This document shows positions 37,303-47,766 of a stretch of 64,000 nucleotides of DNA, in pieces (within the stretch, counting starts at the first letter, position 1; each line of letters opens with the position of its first letter). A program made the position numbers and the translations under genes. The notes beneath the pieces were generated by a model that worked only from the letters and a program-made list of their open reading frames with translations, ran no database searches and was not told the DNA's origin. The DNA is from an uncultured Bacteroidaceae bacterium (GTDB lineage Bacteria > Bacteroidota > Bacteroidia > Bacteroidales > Bacteroidaceae), in contig CAYRFX010000002.1 in the NCBI GenBank assembly GCA_964423665.1, positions 4,245 to 68,244 on the forward strand, given 5' to 3'.

Positions 37303-39450
37303 ATGAGAAAAACATTTTTAACACTGCTTGTTGCAGCAATCGCCCTTCCGGCACAGCTTATTGCCGATGAGGGTATGTGGCTACTACAACTCATGCGCAG
37401 CCAGAATTTGGAAAAACCTATGCGCGAACTTGGTCTTGAACTTACAGCCGACGACATCTACGCCCCGGGCGCACCCTCATTGAAGGACGCCATCGGTATC
37501 TTTGGCGGCGGTTGCACCGGAGAAATTGTTTCGCCCAACGGACTTATTCTCACCAACCACCACTGTGGTTACAGCTATATTCAGCAATTAAGCGCTGTGG
37601 AGCACAACTACCTGCGCGATGGTTTCTGGAGCCAGAGCTATGCCGAGGAGCTCCCTTGCAAGGATATAAACTTTACTTTTGTTGCAGATATAAAAGATGT
37701 AACCGACGAGATTAACAGCCGCATAGCAGCCGGCACACTTACCGAGCAGGATTCCTTTAACGAAGCCGCTCTCTCGTTAATTGCAGCCGAGCTGTTTGAG
37801 AAAGACAGCATTGAGGGCAAGCAATATCTTTCTCCCCAGCTGCTCCCCTATTTTGAGGGTAACAAATTCTACCTTGTATATTACAAGAAATATACCGACG
37901 TGCGCTTGGTGGGAACACCTCCCAACTCTATTGGCAAGTTCGGTGGCGAGACCGACAACTGGATGTGGCCCCGCCACACAGGAGATTTCTCGGTGTTCCG
38001 TGTGTATGGCGACTCACTGGGCAACCCCGCAGCATACAGCGAGAAGAACATTCCGCTAAGCACTCCCAAATACTTGAACATCTCTCTTGCGGGAGTGGAT
38101 TATGACGATTTTGCCATGATTATGGGCTTCCCGGGAAGCACCTCGCGTTACCTCACAAGCGAAGAGGTTAAGCACCGCATGTACTCAGAGAACGAGCCCA
38201 GAATTGCAATGCGCGATGCAGCCCTCAAAATTATTCGCGAGGAGATGGAGAAGGATGAGGCTGTGAACATTCAGTATGCCAGCAAGATGGCGCGCATAAG
38301 CAACTACTGGAAGAACTCCATTGGCATGAACAAGGCTATTGTGGACAACAAGGTGGTGGAGACAAAATTGGAGAAAGAGGCTGCCTTCAAGGAGTTTGCA
38401 CAGAGCACCGGGAACAAGGAGTATGAGACTGTTGTGGAGAAGATAAACGCTGCTATAAACACACAAAGCCGCACTGAATATCTCGCGACTTTGGTTGTGG
38501 AGCTCATAAGCAACATCGAATTTATAAGACGCAACCTTGCATACGGCAATGACAGCACCGCCGATGCCAAGTTCCTGGAGAAGCCCGAGGCTGTAAAAAG
38601 CTACTACAGCTGGGTACACGACCGCGACTACAACCACCGCATAGACTGCCGTGTGGCAAAATCACTCATTCCCCTTTATATGTCTCTCACAAAAGAGGAG
38701 GAACGCCCCGCACTGCTCAACGAGATGAACAAAAAATATAAAGGCAACATGGAGAAATACATCGATGATGTATATGAGACCTCAATAATGGCAAATGAGA
38801 AGAACATGGAGAAGTTCCTCAAAAAGCCCGCTGCAAAGAAGCTCGAGAAAGATATGGCTGTGCAGTTGCGCAACGCCATCTATGGCAAATACCGCGAGAT
38901 CGCAAACAGCCAAAAAGAGTTCTACAACACAATAAACGTGCTGCACAAGACCTATCTGAAAGGACTTATGGAGATGGCAAACGGTGCGCCCATGGCTCCC
39001 GATGCTAACTTCACCATGCGCCTCACATACGGTAGTGTAAAGGCATACCAGCCCAAGGACGGTGTTACATATAACCACTACACTACCCTAAATGGTGTTA
39101 TGGAGAAGGAGGACAGCACTAACAGCGAATTTATTGTTCCTGCACGTTTGAAGGAGCTTTACCTTGCAAAAGATTTTGGCGACTATGCTCTCCCCAACGG
39201 CGACCTGCCTGTTGCATTCCTCACCACCAACGACATTACAGGCGGTAACAGCGGCAGCCCCGTTATGAACTCACGCGGCGAGCTTATAGGACTTGCTTTT
39301 GACGGTAACTGGGAGTCGTTGAGCAGCGATATTAATTTTGACAAGAAACTGCAACGTTGTATTAACGTGGATATCCGCTATGTTCTTTTCGTTATAGAGA
39401 AATATGGTAACTGCAAGAGATTGATTGACGAGATGAATATCGTCAGATAA
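37303..39450 (+). CDS. Peptidase S46 family dipeptidyl-peptidase (DPP7/DPP11-like)
   Basis: DEGMWLL after the signal peptide, catalytic His context LTNHHCGY, catalytic Ser context TGGNSGSPVMN. Confidence 0.9.
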   Translation: MRKTFLTLLVAAIALPAQLIADEGMWLLQLMRSQNLEKPMRELGLELTADDIYAPGAPSLKDAIGIFGGGCTGEIVSPNGLILTNHHCGYSYIQQLSAVEHNYLRDGFWSQSYAEELPCKDINFTFVADIKDVTDEINSRIAAGTLTEQDSFNEAALSLIAAELFEKDSIEGKQYLSPQLLPYFEGNKFYLVYYKKYTDVRLVGTPPNSIGKFGGETDNWMWPRHTGDFSVFRVYGDSLGNPAAYSEKNIPLSTPKYLNISLAGVDYDDFAMIMGFPGSTSRYLTSEEVKHRMYSENEPRIAMRDAALKIIREEMEKDEAVNIQYASKMARISNYWKNSIGMNKAIVDNKVVETKLEKEAAFKEFAQSTGNKEYETVVEKINAAINTQSRTEYLATLVVELISNIEFIRRNLAYGNDSTADAKFLEKPEAVKSYYSWVHDRDYNHRIDCRVAKSLIPLYMSLTKEEERPALLNEMNKKYKGNMEKYIDDVYETSIMANEKNMEKFLKKPAAKKLEKDMAVQLRNAIYGKYREIANSQKEFYNTINVLHKTYLKGLMEMANGAPMAPDANFTMRLTYGSVKAYQPKDGVTYNHYTTLNGVMEKEDSTNSEFIVPARLKELYLAKDFGDYALPNGDLPVAFLTTNDITGGNSGSPVMNSRGELIGLAFDGNWESLSSDINFDKKLQRCINVDIRYVLFVIEKYGNCKRLIDEMNIVR

Positions 39451-39471
39451 AAGCGATAAAATATAAAGAAC

Positions 39472-39515
39472 AAACAAACTCCTCGGTTGTGCATGCACAA
39501 CCGAGGAGTTTGTTT
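39472..39515. terminator. Bidirectional palindromic terminator
   Basis: A perfect 44-nt palindrome (22-nt arms) between the S46 stop (39450) and the CotH-protein stop (39535). Confidence 0.7.
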
Positions 39516-39534
39516 ATATAGAGTACCGATAGAG

Positions 39535-42500
39535 TTAGCGAACAACCACCTTTGTTCCAAACACTACATATATACCTGCCGGCACATTCACGCGGGTTGT
39601 ACCCTCTGTCACATTGAGAGTGCGCACCAGGCGACCATCTACGCCATACACATGCACAGGCTGCGATGCGAGTGCCGCAATGGTTATGCAGCCTTCGCCA
39701 CCTGTTGCCGATGCTGTGGGAGCTGTTACATCATATATATTGGTGGAAACACCGAAGGTTGCTGCAACATCATTAAGGCGCAGTTCATCGGTAGCCTCAT
39801 CAATGATGAGCGCGTTGGATATTGAAACAACACGAGACTCTTCGGGAACAACTGCATAGCTGTTGAGTGTGAGATTAACCACTGCATCGTCGCCACCATC
39901 GGCAAACTTTGAATCGTTGTCGGAGTATATGATAAGACGATATGTGGTCATATCACGTTGTGCAAGGCTCACTTTATGGTCGGTGAGAGAGCCGCCTGCA
40001 ACTACATCGTAAATCATCACGCCATCGGGCACGGTAATATCAAACTGCATAGCCTTGTAGCTTTCATCATCGTAGCAGGTGAGATGCAAGGGCAGGATAT
40101 AATCCTCGTTTATCATAAGTTCAAAGTTATTGATATGCATCTCGCCTATCGCCTGTGTTGTATTGTAATAGTCGATAGCCGAAAGTGGGTCGGCATCGGC
40201 AGCAGCAGTCTCTATTGCAAGAACATCGCTGTCTGTAATAAGACCGTCGCCATCGACATCGGCTTTGCTATATGTGAACGAGGAGTGCGTGTTGCCACTC
40301 TTGTAGGCTGTTGTCATTGCTACATCGTGAACCGTTACATAGTTGCTGCGATTAACGTCGGCAACAAGAGGATAGAGGAACTCATCGAGATTGTATTCGG
40401 TGAGGTTGCTATAGAGGTATTCTGCACGGTTGCTCAACCACTGTTTCGTTCTCTCGTTTATGATTGAATAGCCTGTACCATCGGACCACAATGTGGCATT
40501 GTTCTGGAATGAGGGGTTGGCAAATGTGTAGTAACAATCCAAATAATCGTTCAACTCTTCAATGGAGTTCTTGTCCATAAACTCCTTCCACGCCTTGTAG
40601 TAGTACTTCTGCACGGTGGTGTTGCTCATCATCGCTTTGAACATCTTGTAACCGGGCTCGTCATACATTGATGTGTTGAAAACTGAAGATGTGTAATCCG
40701 AGGTACAATAGTTGCTTGTACTCTCGTAACCGAAAGCCCAGTCAAAGTCCCATATAGGACCGAACTTAATCTCACTATCGGGATTCTCAAGTTCTTCCTT
40801 GAAGAGGAATGTACTTTTGGGGTGCCCAATCTCCTGATTGTTCACGAGGTCGTTGGCAAGCATAAAGCGTGCAAAGGCATCGTAATCCAGAATACCATCG
40901 AGCGAACCGCCGTAATATACTGCAGAATCGAGTCTATTGTAATCGGCTTGTATAAGAGTTTTACGCGCCGACGCTGCCGAAATGGTATATTCTGTGAGGT
41001 CGGGTTCCTTAATATTCACAGGCATAGAATAATTGGCAGACTTGAACTTATATACCTCATCATAATAGGTATCGAGTTCAAGGAGATAGCCCACAGCCTC
41101 ATCTACATCGACGCTGTTATTTGCCATGCCCACCTTCTCGGTGAACATATAGCTACCCATATACACACCGTTCATATAGAGCTCAACAGGTATAATGTGG
41201 TTGGTATATTCGGCACCTGCCATCTGACCAATCTTCATTGCTGCAGCATTTGCCATCATAGAACCTTTTTGGGCATTTGCGAGCAACACCCAGCTCTTTC
41301 CCTTTGTGAGACCAAAGGGTTTAACCTTTTCGGCAAATTTCAAGCGATAGGGCTTTTTACTATAATTCCAAGTAATGTTACCGCGTCCTTTTATTTGTAC
41401 AGAATCCTCAAAGTTATCATACACGCCGTAACCTGTTATGCGGAAGTTGGCATTCAAATAATACTCTTTGCTGGTAACAGACAAGCCACCCTCAACATCT
41501 ATATCGATACGGGGAACTGAAACGGCATTATCGGTGAGCCACTCGATTTCCACATTATAGTTCTTGCCAAAAGGAATGCGTGTTACCTCTTTTGCTGCTG
41601 TCTGGGGATATTCTACATTATATACACGCATCTCGGCAAGTGCCATGTGATTCTTGGAATACTCACCTGCTGTTTGAAGGATTTTAAGATATGAGTATTC
41701 GCCGCCAAGAGATATTGTGGGCGAGGTGTACTGCTGCCCCGAACCTCCTGTGGGCATTCCGTCGTCGTATGATGTGAGAGTGCGGGCAAGAACCCAATCG
41801 TCACCATCGTTGCTTGCATAAATCTCCAAGGTGAGTGGGTTGTAACCCGATTGCGGGCGGCACTGATAATAGAGCTGAATATCCTCTACCGCGGTGGGCA
41901 ATGCTATTGTTATATATGTATTGACATTAATTGTGGCATCGTTTGCACTACCCCATGTTGAATGGAAAATTGTGGTGGAGCTGCCATCGAGAAGGCTTGC
42001 CACACTTTCATCTTCCCGTGTTGATGGCTTGTTGGTGCTCAACATATCGGCAGTGAGAGGAATCTCTGTAACAACAGCCTCATCATCGCTATCGCCGGAC
42101 ACGGTTCCTATACCCACTTTTGTATAACCCGGGTAGGTTACCGTGTATGCAACGGGAGAAGCAAAGCTGCGGCGTGTAACCTTAGACTCCTGCAACTCGT
42201 CACCCACATAAACCACTGCCTTATCGTCGCTCAACTGGAAGCTGGGTGTGAGCCATTTTCCTATTGCATTGAGAGAGAAATACATATTGTCTTTAATGCT
42301 GTCTGCAATGGCATCTACATTGAGGTTGGGATTGAATTTATTATTAAACTTGAACGATGTGAATTGGGGCAAAGAGGGAGCTACGGTGGAGATGCTGTCA
42401 TACTCCTGAGAAGCATAATAAACCACATCACAATCTTTGAGAGGCATGCAGAGGAAGTCGCCCTCGGTGTAATAGCCATTATCAAGGTCTTTTATTGCAT

Positions 42501-44694
42501 AAGCATCGACACCGCCATCACTTAAATAGACATATACAGCTTCACCTTCAACCACAACATTGTTGTTCTGCCCGCCTCCAAGTGCCGACAGCGTTATCTC
42601 TGTGGGGAAGAGAGCTGCATTATCGCGACCATAAAGTGCTATACTAAAGGTTTGCATTGCCTGCGGGAAGGTTATATCCAAATATACCTCTCCCACGGGG
42701 TCCATTACTCCATCTTTCCAGATTGAGTGCCAAAAGCTTGAGTAATCTCCGTCGCATATTGCCGACATGGGACCTTCGGAGAGTTCCTGCGAGTTTGTTG
42801 CAAAGGCACTCTCGTCAAGAGTTAAAAGATTATTCTCGGCATCGTAGATTTCAACCTCGGCAAGGCTTATCATGGGATAACCCTCATATAGTTGTGCGGG
42901 GTCAGTGCTTGCGTTGAATGTAATACGCACACCGGTGGTACTGCGGTTCAATGTGATAATATTGGTATCCCACAAATAACCGCCATAGCTTTCAATGCTT
43001 CCGGGCAAGCCATCAGCGGTACCATAGCTTATAGGCAAGGTACGATAGGTTATTTTTGTTGAATAGAAACGGGTAAGCTCGGTTTCATATTGTTCATAAA
43101 AAGTAATATATTGAGCAGCTGTATATACACCGATTTTTCCCTTTGCATCGGCTATGCTTGCAGAGAGAGATTCAAGCAGGGTGCGTGAGCTTTCGGGGTA
43201 GGTATCTGTCACATAGGGATAGGAAGAGAACTCCGAGGTGGTCAAGAGGTCATTGACAAGTGCCTCATAATACCCTAATTTGCATGTAATATATTCGATT
43301 GTTGCTGTATCGAGCGCATCGGCAGCCGCGTCTATCTGAGCCATAGTGGGGGCAGCATCACCCGCCATAAGCAGCTCGGCAGCCTCCATCGCTTCATACA
43401 GTTTCTCTATCACTGCATCTGTGCAAACTCCGTCAAAGTCGCCATATTGGGCAAGATAATCCTCGGTCTCGCTCACCGCGGGAAAGAGACGCAACCTGGC
43501 GATTTGAGACATTGTTACAGCAACAGACGACACGGTTTCGTCGTACAAATCGGCCTTGTAGATTGTCCAATTAAAACCGATGGGCAAAGAATAACCTTGA
43601 TTATAATCCCCATTATCCAATGCTTCTTTCTTGTCGGGAGCAAAGATCTTTGTTTTGGAGACGGTATTATCGCGCATATCGGCACCCACATAGAGGAGGT
43701 CTGTAACCTCTTTTGTGCCATCGGTGGTGGCAACACTATATGTAGAGGTATAGCTTATCTCAAAATCACCGGAGGCAAGAGGAGTAAATGTCACAACTGC
43801 AGCTTCATTTATATCGGAAGTGCTATACTGCCAACCATTTAGTGAAGCATAGTCGCTACCGCCATTTTTAAGGAACACTCCCGCAGAGGGCCAGTAAACC
43901 ATATATTGTTCGTTACCCATGGGAATAAACTGAACGGCATTGCTGAATGTTGCATCGGCTGTACCCTTTTCGGCACAGGTGAGATAAACAGGACCGCTAC
44001 CTGTAAAAGTTTCACCGGTAACTTTGGTGAAAGAGGTTACCGTGTTGGTTTCCATCACAAACAGTTGCCCTTCCTGTGCAAATTCGCTTACATCTGTAAC
44101 CGCTACATCAAGTGCAAATTCCTCACCCACTACAGCCGGAACATAATCGGTTCCAAGAGTGATGGCTACTTTTATTGGAACGTTTTTAGTTGTACCCAAC
44201 CTGCTTGCCCACTCTAACGAGAAGGAACTAACCGGCTTGGAGAGCGACAATTCCACATAGTGATAATCAGCAACAGGGTTATAATCGCTATACATAGAGT
44301 GGAAATAGGTATCATAATCCCCATCGGAAAGAGCGGGAAGACCATCGCCGTCGCTATTCCATGTGAGGTTGTTATGGTCGGCATTAGAAGATGCCACATA
44401 GGTTACTATGTTGCCATCGCCATCATATACGGCAAGCTCGGAAAGAGCAAACGTATAATTGTTGTTATTGGGCTGCTCATGAGACTTTGTATCAAGCACC
44501 GTTATGCGTATGCTCTGCGTTGTTGTACCCGTTTCATACACCGGTGAAACGAACTTGTAACATTCGCTGCCATTAATGGTGGTTGCGACACCCGGCAACC
44601 CTGCAATACTATTGAGCACTACTGACCAATCTTGTGCACCCACATTCATGAATGAGAGGAAAAACAGCACTGCCAAGAATAGATGTTTCTTCAT
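39535..44694 (-). CDS. T9SS-secreted multidomain protein: three discoidin (F5/8 type C)-like domains, a CotH kinase-like domain, a dockerin and a cohesin-like module
   Basis: 1719 aa from ATG 44694 (signal MKKHLFLAVLFFLSFMNVGAQ). Discoidin-like signatures LSDGDYDTYFHS, ICDGDYSSFWHSIW, LLDGSSTTIFHSTWG. CotH-like block VQIKGRGNITWNYSKKPYRLKFAEKVKPFGLTKGKSWVLLANAQKGSMMANAAAMKIG...VELYMNGVYMGSYMFTEKV. Dockerin-like ADVNRSNYVTVHDV...ADVDGDGLITDSDVLAI. Cohesin-like MQFDITVPDGV. T9SS CTD VHVYGVDGRLVRTLNV...AGIYVVFGTKVVVR. Confidence 0.8.
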   Translation of the reverse strand: MKKHLFLAVLFFLSFMNVGAQDWSVVLNSIAGLPGVATTINGSECYKFVSPVYETGTTTQSIRITVLDTKSHEQPNNNNYTFALSELAVYDGDGNIVTYVASSNADHNNLTWNSDGDGLPALSDGDYDTYFHSMYSDYNPVADYHYVELSLSKPVSSFSLEWASRLGTTKNVPIKVAITLGTDYVPAVVGEEFALDVAVTDVSEFAQEGQLFVMETNTVTSFTKVTGETFTGSGPVYLTCAEKGTADATFSNAVQFIPMGNEQYMVYWPSAGVFLKNGGSDYASLNGWQYSTSDINEAAVVTFTPLASGDFEISYTSTYSVATTDGTKEVTDLLYVGADMRDNTVSKTKIFAPDKKEALDNGDYNQGYSLPIGFNWTIYKADLYDETVSSVAVTMSQIARLRLFPAVSETEDYLAQYGDFDGVCTDAVIEKLYEAMEAAELLMAGDAAPTMAQIDAAADALDTATIEYITCKLGYYEALVNDLLTTSEFSSYPYVTDTYPESSRTLLESLSASIADAKGKIGVYTAAQYITFYEQYETELTRFYSTKITYRTLPISYGTADGLPGSIESYGGYLWDTNIITLNRSTTGVRITFNASTDPAQLYEGYPMISLAEVEIYDAENNLLTLDESAFATNSQELSEGPMSAICDGDYSSFWHSIWKDGVMDPVGEVYLDITFPQAMQTFSIALYGRDNAALFPTEITLSALGGGQNNNVVVEGEAVYVYLSDGGVDAYAIKDLDNGYYTEGDFLCMPLKDCDVVYYASQEYDSISTVAPSLPQFTSFKFNNKFNPNLNVDAIADSIKDNMYFSLNAIGKWLTPSFQLSDDKAVVYVGDELQESKVTRRSFASPVAYTVTYPGYTKVGIGTVSGDSDDEAVVTEIPLTADMLSTNKPSTREDESVASLLDGSSTTIFHSTWGSANDATINVNTYITIALPTAVEDIQLYYQCRPQSGYNPLTLEIYASNDGDDWVLARTLTSYDDGMPTGGSGQQYTSPTISLGGEYSYLKILQTAGEYSKNHMALAEMRVYNVEYPQTAAKEVTRIPFGKNYNVEIEWLTDNAVSVPRIDIDVEGGLSVTSKEYYLNANFRITGYGVYDNFEDSVQIKGRGNITWNYSKKPYRLKFAEKVKPFGLTKGKSWVLLANAQKGSMMANAAAMKIGQMAGAEYTNHIIPVELYMNGVYMGSYMFTEKVGMANNSVDVDEAVGYLLELDTYYDEVYKFKSANYSMPVNIKEPDLTEYTISAASARKTLIQADYNRLDSAVYYGGSLDGILDYDAFARFMLANDLVNNQEIGHPKSTFLFKEELENPDSEIKFGPIWDFDWAFGYESTSNYCTSDYTSSVFNTSMYDEPGYKMFKAMMSNTTVQKYYYKAWKEFMDKNSIEELNDYLDCYYTFANPSFQNNATLWSDGTGYSIINERTKQWLSNRAEYLYSNLTEYNLDEFLYPLVADVNRSNYVTVHDVAMTTAYKSGNTHSSFTYSKADVDGDGLITDSDVLAIETAAADADPLSAIDYYNTTQAIGEMHINNFELMINEDYILPLHLTCYDDESYKAMQFDITVPDGVMIYDVVAGGSLTDHKVSLAQRDMTTYRLIIYSDNDSKFADGGDDAVVNLTLNSYAVVPEESRVVSISNALIIDEATDELRLNDVAATFGVSTNIYDVTAPTASATGGEGCITIAALASQPVHVYGVDGRLVRTLNVTEGTTRVNVPAGIYVVFGTKVVVR

Positions 44695-44850
44695 ATTTAT
44701 TTTATTAAAGTTTATTCGACATAACACTCTGCACACAACAGAGCATACCACGTTACAAAGAAACTAAATATTAATATATATTTCAAAAAAATTATATATT
44801 TTTTTACCTATCCCTCTCTTTTATAAACAAAAAGGTGGTTATAGAAAATA

Positions 44851-44888
44851 AATTCCCGGCAAGCAGCTCAAGCTGCTTGTCGGGAATT
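44851..44888 (-). terminator. Hairpin terminator after the GH16 gene
   Basis: A 17-bp stem with one mismatch and a 4-nt loop, followed on the minus strand by TTATTTTCT. Confidence 0.65.
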
Positions 44889-44912
44889 TCAATCAAATAT
44901 CAATTTTTACTC

Positions 44913-47678
44913 TTATCGTACAATGATTTTTTTGCCATTCACTATATATATACCTGCCTGCAAGGCAATGGCAGCCTCGCCATCGACATTTGAATCGTAA
45001 ACCACACGACCCGACAAATCGCATACAAACACACGCACGGGAGCAGATGTATATACAGCCACGCCACCCTGCACTGCATCAACCTCAACAGCGGGAGTAG
45101 AGGGAAGAGCTACAACACCCACGGTGCCGAGAGTATTCTCCATGCCTGCCTTTTGATAGACACGCACCCAGTCGAAAAGCGTTTCATAGGTGTGCGTGAC
45201 ATCGGCATTTGCAGCCCAGGAGCCATTGCCCACACTCTGGTTAAGGATAAGATAGAAATGCTTGTCAAAAGGCCACTGCCCTTGATTCAAATGGCTTTGA
45301 GTGGAGGATTTTGAATACTTGCCCACCTGTCTGCCATCTACATACCATGTGAGACTTGTCTCGGTCCATTCAAGAGCGTATGTGTGATAGCGGTCGAGAG
45401 AGACTGCGGTGTTGAAGCTCGACTGCGGATTACCTGTGTAACCGAGGTCGTATGTCCAGTTGGAGTGTATGGTGTGCCATGAGCGTTCTTGCGAGTCTAT
45501 TGTCTCAAAAATATCAATCTCGCCACAATCGGGCCAGCCTGCCGACTGATCCTCGGGCATCATCCACAACGCGGGGAAGTTACCTGTCCAGGGATTGCTG
45601 AGCAGGCGACACTCTACCTTTCCGTATGTGAAGCCGAAGAGCCCCTGCGACTTTATACCACCGGTAATCATGGGAACATTATCTATCGAGGTATCGGGGT
45701 TGGGGATTGCACGGGCAACCAACTTGCCATCTTCAACATAAATAACCTCTTCACTATCGGACAACCATCTGTTCCAAGTGGCACCCTGACGCTGGCAGCG
45801 CCCCCACTTCTCACTCAAAGGCTGGGTGCCGTCCTCGCCATCAAACTCATCGCTGAACACAAGGCGATATTCGGCATCGTTGCTTGCCACAAAATCCACA
45901 TACAGAGCAACATCACCATCGATACTGTCGGCAGGGATAGTATATGAGGCTGCATCAACAGAATATTCGCTCCATTGGCGATTTCCGTTGATATACTGCG
46001 GACCGTTAAGATTGAAACCGTGGCGTATGACAAGCTCGTCGGCTACATAACCATCGGCAACAGCAACTGGCACAACCTGCAATCTCTCACCAATATTCAC
46101 TACAACGGGAAGCGCGCTATTTGAAGGTGCGTTTATGGAGCCGTTGTAGCTGAACAGTTCTAATTTTCCTGTTTCGGGCACTACTTTCAAAAGAAAATCA
46201 ACCACATAGCCACCATTGCCGGCTATGTTTTCTGCCGCAGGAGAGAGGTTGTCGATATCGGCTTTCAAACGCGCACGATAGACGCCAAACGGCAACTGCG
46301 AGGGCAGCACAAATGAGGGGAGCTGCAACGTTGCCTCCTCCACTGCCGTTCCTGCACTATTCACACCATTGAAACTACTGTATGAAACAAGCTCGCCTGC
46401 CGCAGTGGGAGTACCATCGTCGTTCAATGCCACAGAGAAACCGCCATCTTGATTATAATCGATATACAGATAATAGTGCATACCGGCATTTGCCGCATCG
46501 GCTGAGAAAGTGAGTTCCTCGCCCTGCTTAACCACAAAAGCCGAAGGCGTTGCATCATTATAGAGTTTCTCGGTGCCACCGGGCAGAGATATCTGTTTAT
46601 TGCCGGCAGGGCGCGCAAGCGTTACTGCCGACATTGCATAATCATTTACTGCGGGAGGCAAAGAGCCTTCGACAGCTACGGGATAGAGCCCTGCGGGTTC
46701 ATCGCCATTGAGCAGAGGAACAAAATGGGCCTCTACAATCACATCACCATCAATATACTCTGCCAGGATTTGATACTCATCACCGGTGACAAGATAGGCA
46801 GGAATAATCTCTTCGCTCCACTGCTTAACACCATAGAGAGCCTGCTCGCCATCGAGATTATATCCGTGGCGTATGCAAAGAGCGTCGAGCATATAGCCAT
46901 CGGCAGCAGCAATCTTCACTGCAAGAGGCTCGCCGAAAGGTTGCACATACCCCGCCAGCATCTCGCCATCAATGGTTGTAACCTCGCCGCCGACAGCTGA
47001 AGAATTCACTGTTACATTATCGTTGTGGATATTTACACGCACATCGCATATACCGCCACCGTTCTTTATTATACCATCACCATCTTCGGCACGACCGGCA
47101 GGGTCTATCGACGCCCAGTCTATCTTAAAACGCATAAGATAGTAGCCTGTAACAAGAGAAGAGGGCAAAGTGAAAGAGGGAGGATTGAGCACATTGCGTC
47201 CTTGACCGGTGAGCGTAGTTCCCGCACTGTTCTTTCCCGAACCCGAGCCGAGGCTTGCTTCGGCATATGAGAAAGCAAGAATATCCGAAATGGGAGGAAT
47301 GAGCCCATCGTTTGTGAGGGTGGCATCAAACGTGCCGTCGTGCCCCATATCCATATAGACAAAGCCGTTCATCCATGTTCCGGTAAAAAGGAAAGAGGCT
47401 GTGAGTGTTTCACCTGCACGAGCAGTAAGAAATTCGTCTGCCACATAATTATATACCTTGTCGGACGAAGCTATGGAGGTTATCGACTGAGCCCCGTCAA
47501 CAGAACCGCTTATGGTTACTCCGTTAAAATGACGACCGGCATTTTCATACTTCTGTTCAAGCGACACAATCACCTTGTAATTATCTGCTGTTGCCTGCGC
47601 AAACAAAGCCGACGATGACACCGACACCCAAAACAAGAGTACAAGATTTAATAAACAAGTGTGTAAAAATCTAATCAT
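44913..47678 (-). CDS. T9SS-secreted glycoside hydrolase family 16 (beta-glucanase-type) enzyme with a duplicated N-terminal module pair
   Basis: GH16 catalytic motif EIDIFE (nt 45501-45521) inside YRLVFSDEFDG...WPALWMMP...GEIDIFETID...YALEWT. T9SS CTD ...LSGRVVYDSNV...AGIYIVNGKKIIVR. The N-terminal region repeats twice (see findings). Confidence 0.85.
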   Translation of the reverse strand: MIRFLHTCLLNLVLLFWVSVSSSALFAQATADNYKVIVSLEQKYENAGRHFNGVTISGSVDGAQSITSIASSDKVYNYVADEFLTARAGETLTASFLFTGTWMNGFVYMDMGHDGTFDATLTNDGLIPPISDILAFSYAEASLGSGSGKNSAGTTLTGQGRNVLNPPSFTLPSSLVTGYYLMRFKIDWASIDPAGRAEDGDGIIKNGGGICDVRVNIHNDNVTVNSSAVGGEVTTIDGEMLAGYVQPFGEPLAVKIAAADGYMLDALCIRHGYNLDGEQALYGVKQWSEEIIPAYLVTGDEYQILAEYIDGDVIVEAHFVPLLNGDEPAGLYPVAVEGSLPPAVNDYAMSAVTLARPAGNKQISLPGGTEKLYNDATPSAFVVKQGEELTFSADAANAGMHYYLYIDYNQDGGFSVALNDDGTPTAAGELVSYSSFNGVNSAGTAVEEATLQLPSFVLPSQLPFGVYRARLKADIDNLSPAAENIAGNGGYVVDFLLKVVPETGKLELFSYNGSINAPSNSALPVVVNIGERLQVVPVAVADGYVADELVIRHGFNLNGPQYINGNRQWSEYSVDAASYTIPADSIDGDVALYVDFVASNDAEYRLVFSDEFDGEDGTQPLSEKWGRCQRQGATWNRWLSDSEEVIYVEDGKLVARAIPNPDTSIDNVPMITGGIKSQGLFGFTYGKVECRLLSNPWTGNFPALWMMPEDQSAGWPDCGEIDIFETIDSQERSWHTIHSNWTYDLGYTGNPQSSFNTAVSLDRYHTYALEWTETSLTWYVDGRQVGKYSKSSTQSHLNQGQWPFDKHFYLILNQSVGNGSWAANADVTHTYETLFDWVRVYQKAGMENTLGTVGVVALPSTPAVEVDAVQGGVAVYTSAPVRVFVCDLSGRVVYDSNVDGEAAIALQAGIYIVNGKKIIVR

Positions 47679-47703
47679 ACTACGTTAGTTATTAATAAAA
47701 AAC

Positions 47704-47742
47704 ACATACAATGCAAAAATAGTATTTTTTTGCATTGTATGT
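47704..47742 (-). terminator. Hairpin terminator after the CPBP protease gene
   Basis: A 16-bp AT-rich stem (47704-47719 / 47727-47742) 25 nt downstream of the stop at 47767. Confidence 0.5.
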
Positions 47743-47766
47743 AAATATATCACAATAAATTATTTG

